This document shows positions 19,703 to 21,444 of a stretch of DNA of 21,444 bases, piece by piece. Each line of letters opens with the position of its first letter. Within the stretch, counting starts at the first letter, position 1. The notes below the pieces were generated by a model. That model was not told the origin of the DNA, did no database searches, and was given only the letters and a program-made list of their open reading frames with translations. The position numbers and the translations under genes are program-made. The stretch lies in NCBI RefSeq assembly GCF_004010195.1, contig NC_057760.1:272320-293763 (forward strand), in the 5' to 3' direction. Source of the stretch: Chiloscyllium plagiosum (taxonomy: Eukaryota).

Positions 19703-20103
19703 GGCTTATGCCCGAAACGTCGATTCTCCTGCTCCTCGGATGCTGCCTGGCCTGCCGCGTTTTTCCAGCACCACATTTTTCAACTCTGGTCTCCAGCATC
19801 TGCAGTCTTCACTTTCTCCTTGGGTAATGTTGTAGAACAGAGGGGGCCTAGGGGTTCAGGTACATCATTCTTTTGAAAGTTTGTGTTACAGGTAGACTGG
19901 ATGGTGAAGAAGGTGTTTAGCATGCTTGCCTTCATGGCTCAGAGCTTTGAGGAGAGGCGTTGGGATGTTACGTTGAGGTTATACGATATGTTGGTGAGAC
20001 CTTTACTGGGTACTGGGTGCAGTTCTCCTTTTATAGGAAGGAGAGGGTTCAGAAGGGATTTACCAGGATGTTGCCAGAAATGGAGGATTTGAGTTATAAG
20101 GAG
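19703..20103 (+). repeat. Tandem duplicate of ~19279-19680 (PLE right arm plus LINE), 424-bp period
   Basis: GCCCGAAACG at 19286 and 19710; ORFs 19459 and 19883 are nearly identical. Confidence 0.95.
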
Positions 20104-20918
20104 ATGTTTGGGATTTTTTTTCCCTGGAGTGTAGGAGGTTGAAGCTTATAAAATCATGGAGCCCAGTTCTACACACTCCAGCCAATTATAAGGGGGAGGG
20201 GGGGGGGGGGGCGGAGAGGGGGACACAGAGAGAGAGAGAACGTGGTCAACCTTTTCACACAGAGGGTGGTTCGTGTGGGGAATGAACCTCCCGAGGAAGT
20301 GGTGAGTACAGATAAAGTTACAACATTTAAAAGATATCTGAATAGATACCTGGGTAGGAAAGGTTTCAAGGGGACATGGGCCAAATGCTGGTAAGTGGTT
20401 CAGGTTCAGTTTGGGAAACGTGGTCAGCATGGACGAGCTGGGCCGAAGGGCCTGAGGGGACATGGGCCAAATGCTGGTTCAGGTTCAGTTTGGGAAACGT
20501 GGTCAGCATGGACGAGCTGGGCCGAAGGGCCTGTTTCCACGCCATACGACTTTCTGACCTACAACCCCACCCATTGCTCCTTGACCCCACCTTTCCCTGT
20601 GAACTTTCCCCTTCTGATTCCCACCTTTTGGAAATTCTTGTTGAATCCGCTTCCAGATCACAACAACTCGCTGGGAGAAGTGAACAAAATCTGCTCATCC
20701 CTTTTCAACTGAACCTCTTCAATCTTTGACCTCTGGGTTACTTTCTGAGTGAAAACTGAAATCCTCCTCTCCCCTCAAACGTTTTTACTAGAAATCCATG
20801 CCCACCCCCAACATCTCCCAAATCACTGATACCTCACCCGCTGTCCAGGGTTCCACAAAATCATCCCCTGGCCTCCTACAACCCCAGAACTCCCCCCTTC
20901 TCCAATCCTCCATCATAG

Positions 20919-21224
20919 CTATGATTTGGAGATGCCGGTGTTGGAATGGGGTGTACACACTTAAAAATCACACAACACCAGGTTATAGTCCAACAGGTTT
21001 AATTGGAAGCACTAGCTTTCTGAGCGCTGCTCCTTCATCAGGTGATTGTGGAGCACACAATTGTAAGACACAGAATTTATAGCAAAAGTTTACAGTGTGA
21101 TTTAACTGAAATTATACATTGAAAAATACCTCGATTGTTTGTTAAGTCTCTCATCTATTGGAATGACCCTGATAGTTTCACTTCTTTCAGATGTAAATCT
21201 CAAAATCTTTTTTAAAAAGTTACA
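20919..21224 (-). mobile_element. Penelope-like family B terminal region
   Basis: Homologous to 10235-10368 and 13701-13765; contains a hammerhead core on the minus strand. Confidence 0.82.
21010..21044 (-). ncRNA. Minimal type-I hammerhead ribozyme core (family B)
   Basis: CAC-CUGAUGA-A-GGAGC-AGC-GCUCA-GAAA-GC-UA-GUG: 3-bp helix I CAC/GUG, helix II with one mismatch, palindromic AGCU helix III. Confidence 0.7.
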
Positions 21225-21444
21225 TTGAAAAATGTGTTGCTGGAAAAACGCAGCAGGTCAGGCAGCATCCAAGGAGCAGGAGAATCGACGTTTCGGGCAT
21301 AAGCTCTTCTTCAGGAATGAGGAAGGTGTGCCAAGCAGGCTAAGATAAAAGGTAGGGAGGAGGGACTTGGGGGAGGGGCGTTGGGAATGCGATCGGTGGA
21401 AGGAGGTTAAGGTGAGGGTGATAGGCTGGAGTGGGGGTGGGGGC
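21225..21444 (-). mobile_element. Penelope-like family A element, runs off window end
   Basis: Starts with the same arm as 19190-19259 and continues into G-rich internal sequence; minus-strand hammerhead core CUGAAGA-A-GAGC-UUAU-GCCC-GAAA-CGUC at 21287-21314. Confidence 0.85.

Larger units (their letters stand above)
17920..20556 (+). mobile_element. CR1 LINE ORF2 (RT to 3' UTR), degraded, hosting nested insertions and duplications
   Basis: LAEILASS…VPEDWRV (17928-17990) resumes at ~18494 (VVP.FKK…NYR…KSCLTNL…DFSEAFD…WQMEFNLDKCEVLHFG) and runs to the tail GGGCCGAAGGGCCTGTTTCCAC at ~20540. Confidence 0.9.

Noticed and set aside
20560..20915. C-rich skewed segment as an exon or second NUMT
   Set aside because: No recognisable protein or mitochondrial motif; left unassigned.

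Overview
This is vertebrate nuclear DNA, almost certainly from an elasmobranch (shark): it carries HE1-type V-SINEs, HER1/CR1 LINEs and a shark-like mitochondrial D-loop fragment. I found no credible host protein-coding gene. The ORFs I can recognise are retroelement fragments, and the rest look like chance ORFs. The one clearly intact gene is a tRNA-Gly(TCC) at 12961-13032 with a T9 terminator and a compensatory A4:U69 acceptor-stem pair. It lies ~170 bp downstream of a ~2.7 kb AT-rich 65-67 bp satellite rich in octamer-like motifs. Most of the remainder is nested, degraded retroelements: many CR1-clade LINE pieces, one RTE-clade LINE, five V-SINEs (two expanded into 53-bp tandem arrays arranged as a large inverted structure), and two families of Penelope-like element (PLE) termini. 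The PLE termini carry minimal hammerhead ribozyme cores and often form palindromes with target-site duplications (TSDs). The window also holds a ~180 bp NUMT of the mitochondrial control region, a 32-bp minisatellite resembling the DeuSINE core, and two assembly gaps. Family names come from my recognition of the sequence, not from a database search.
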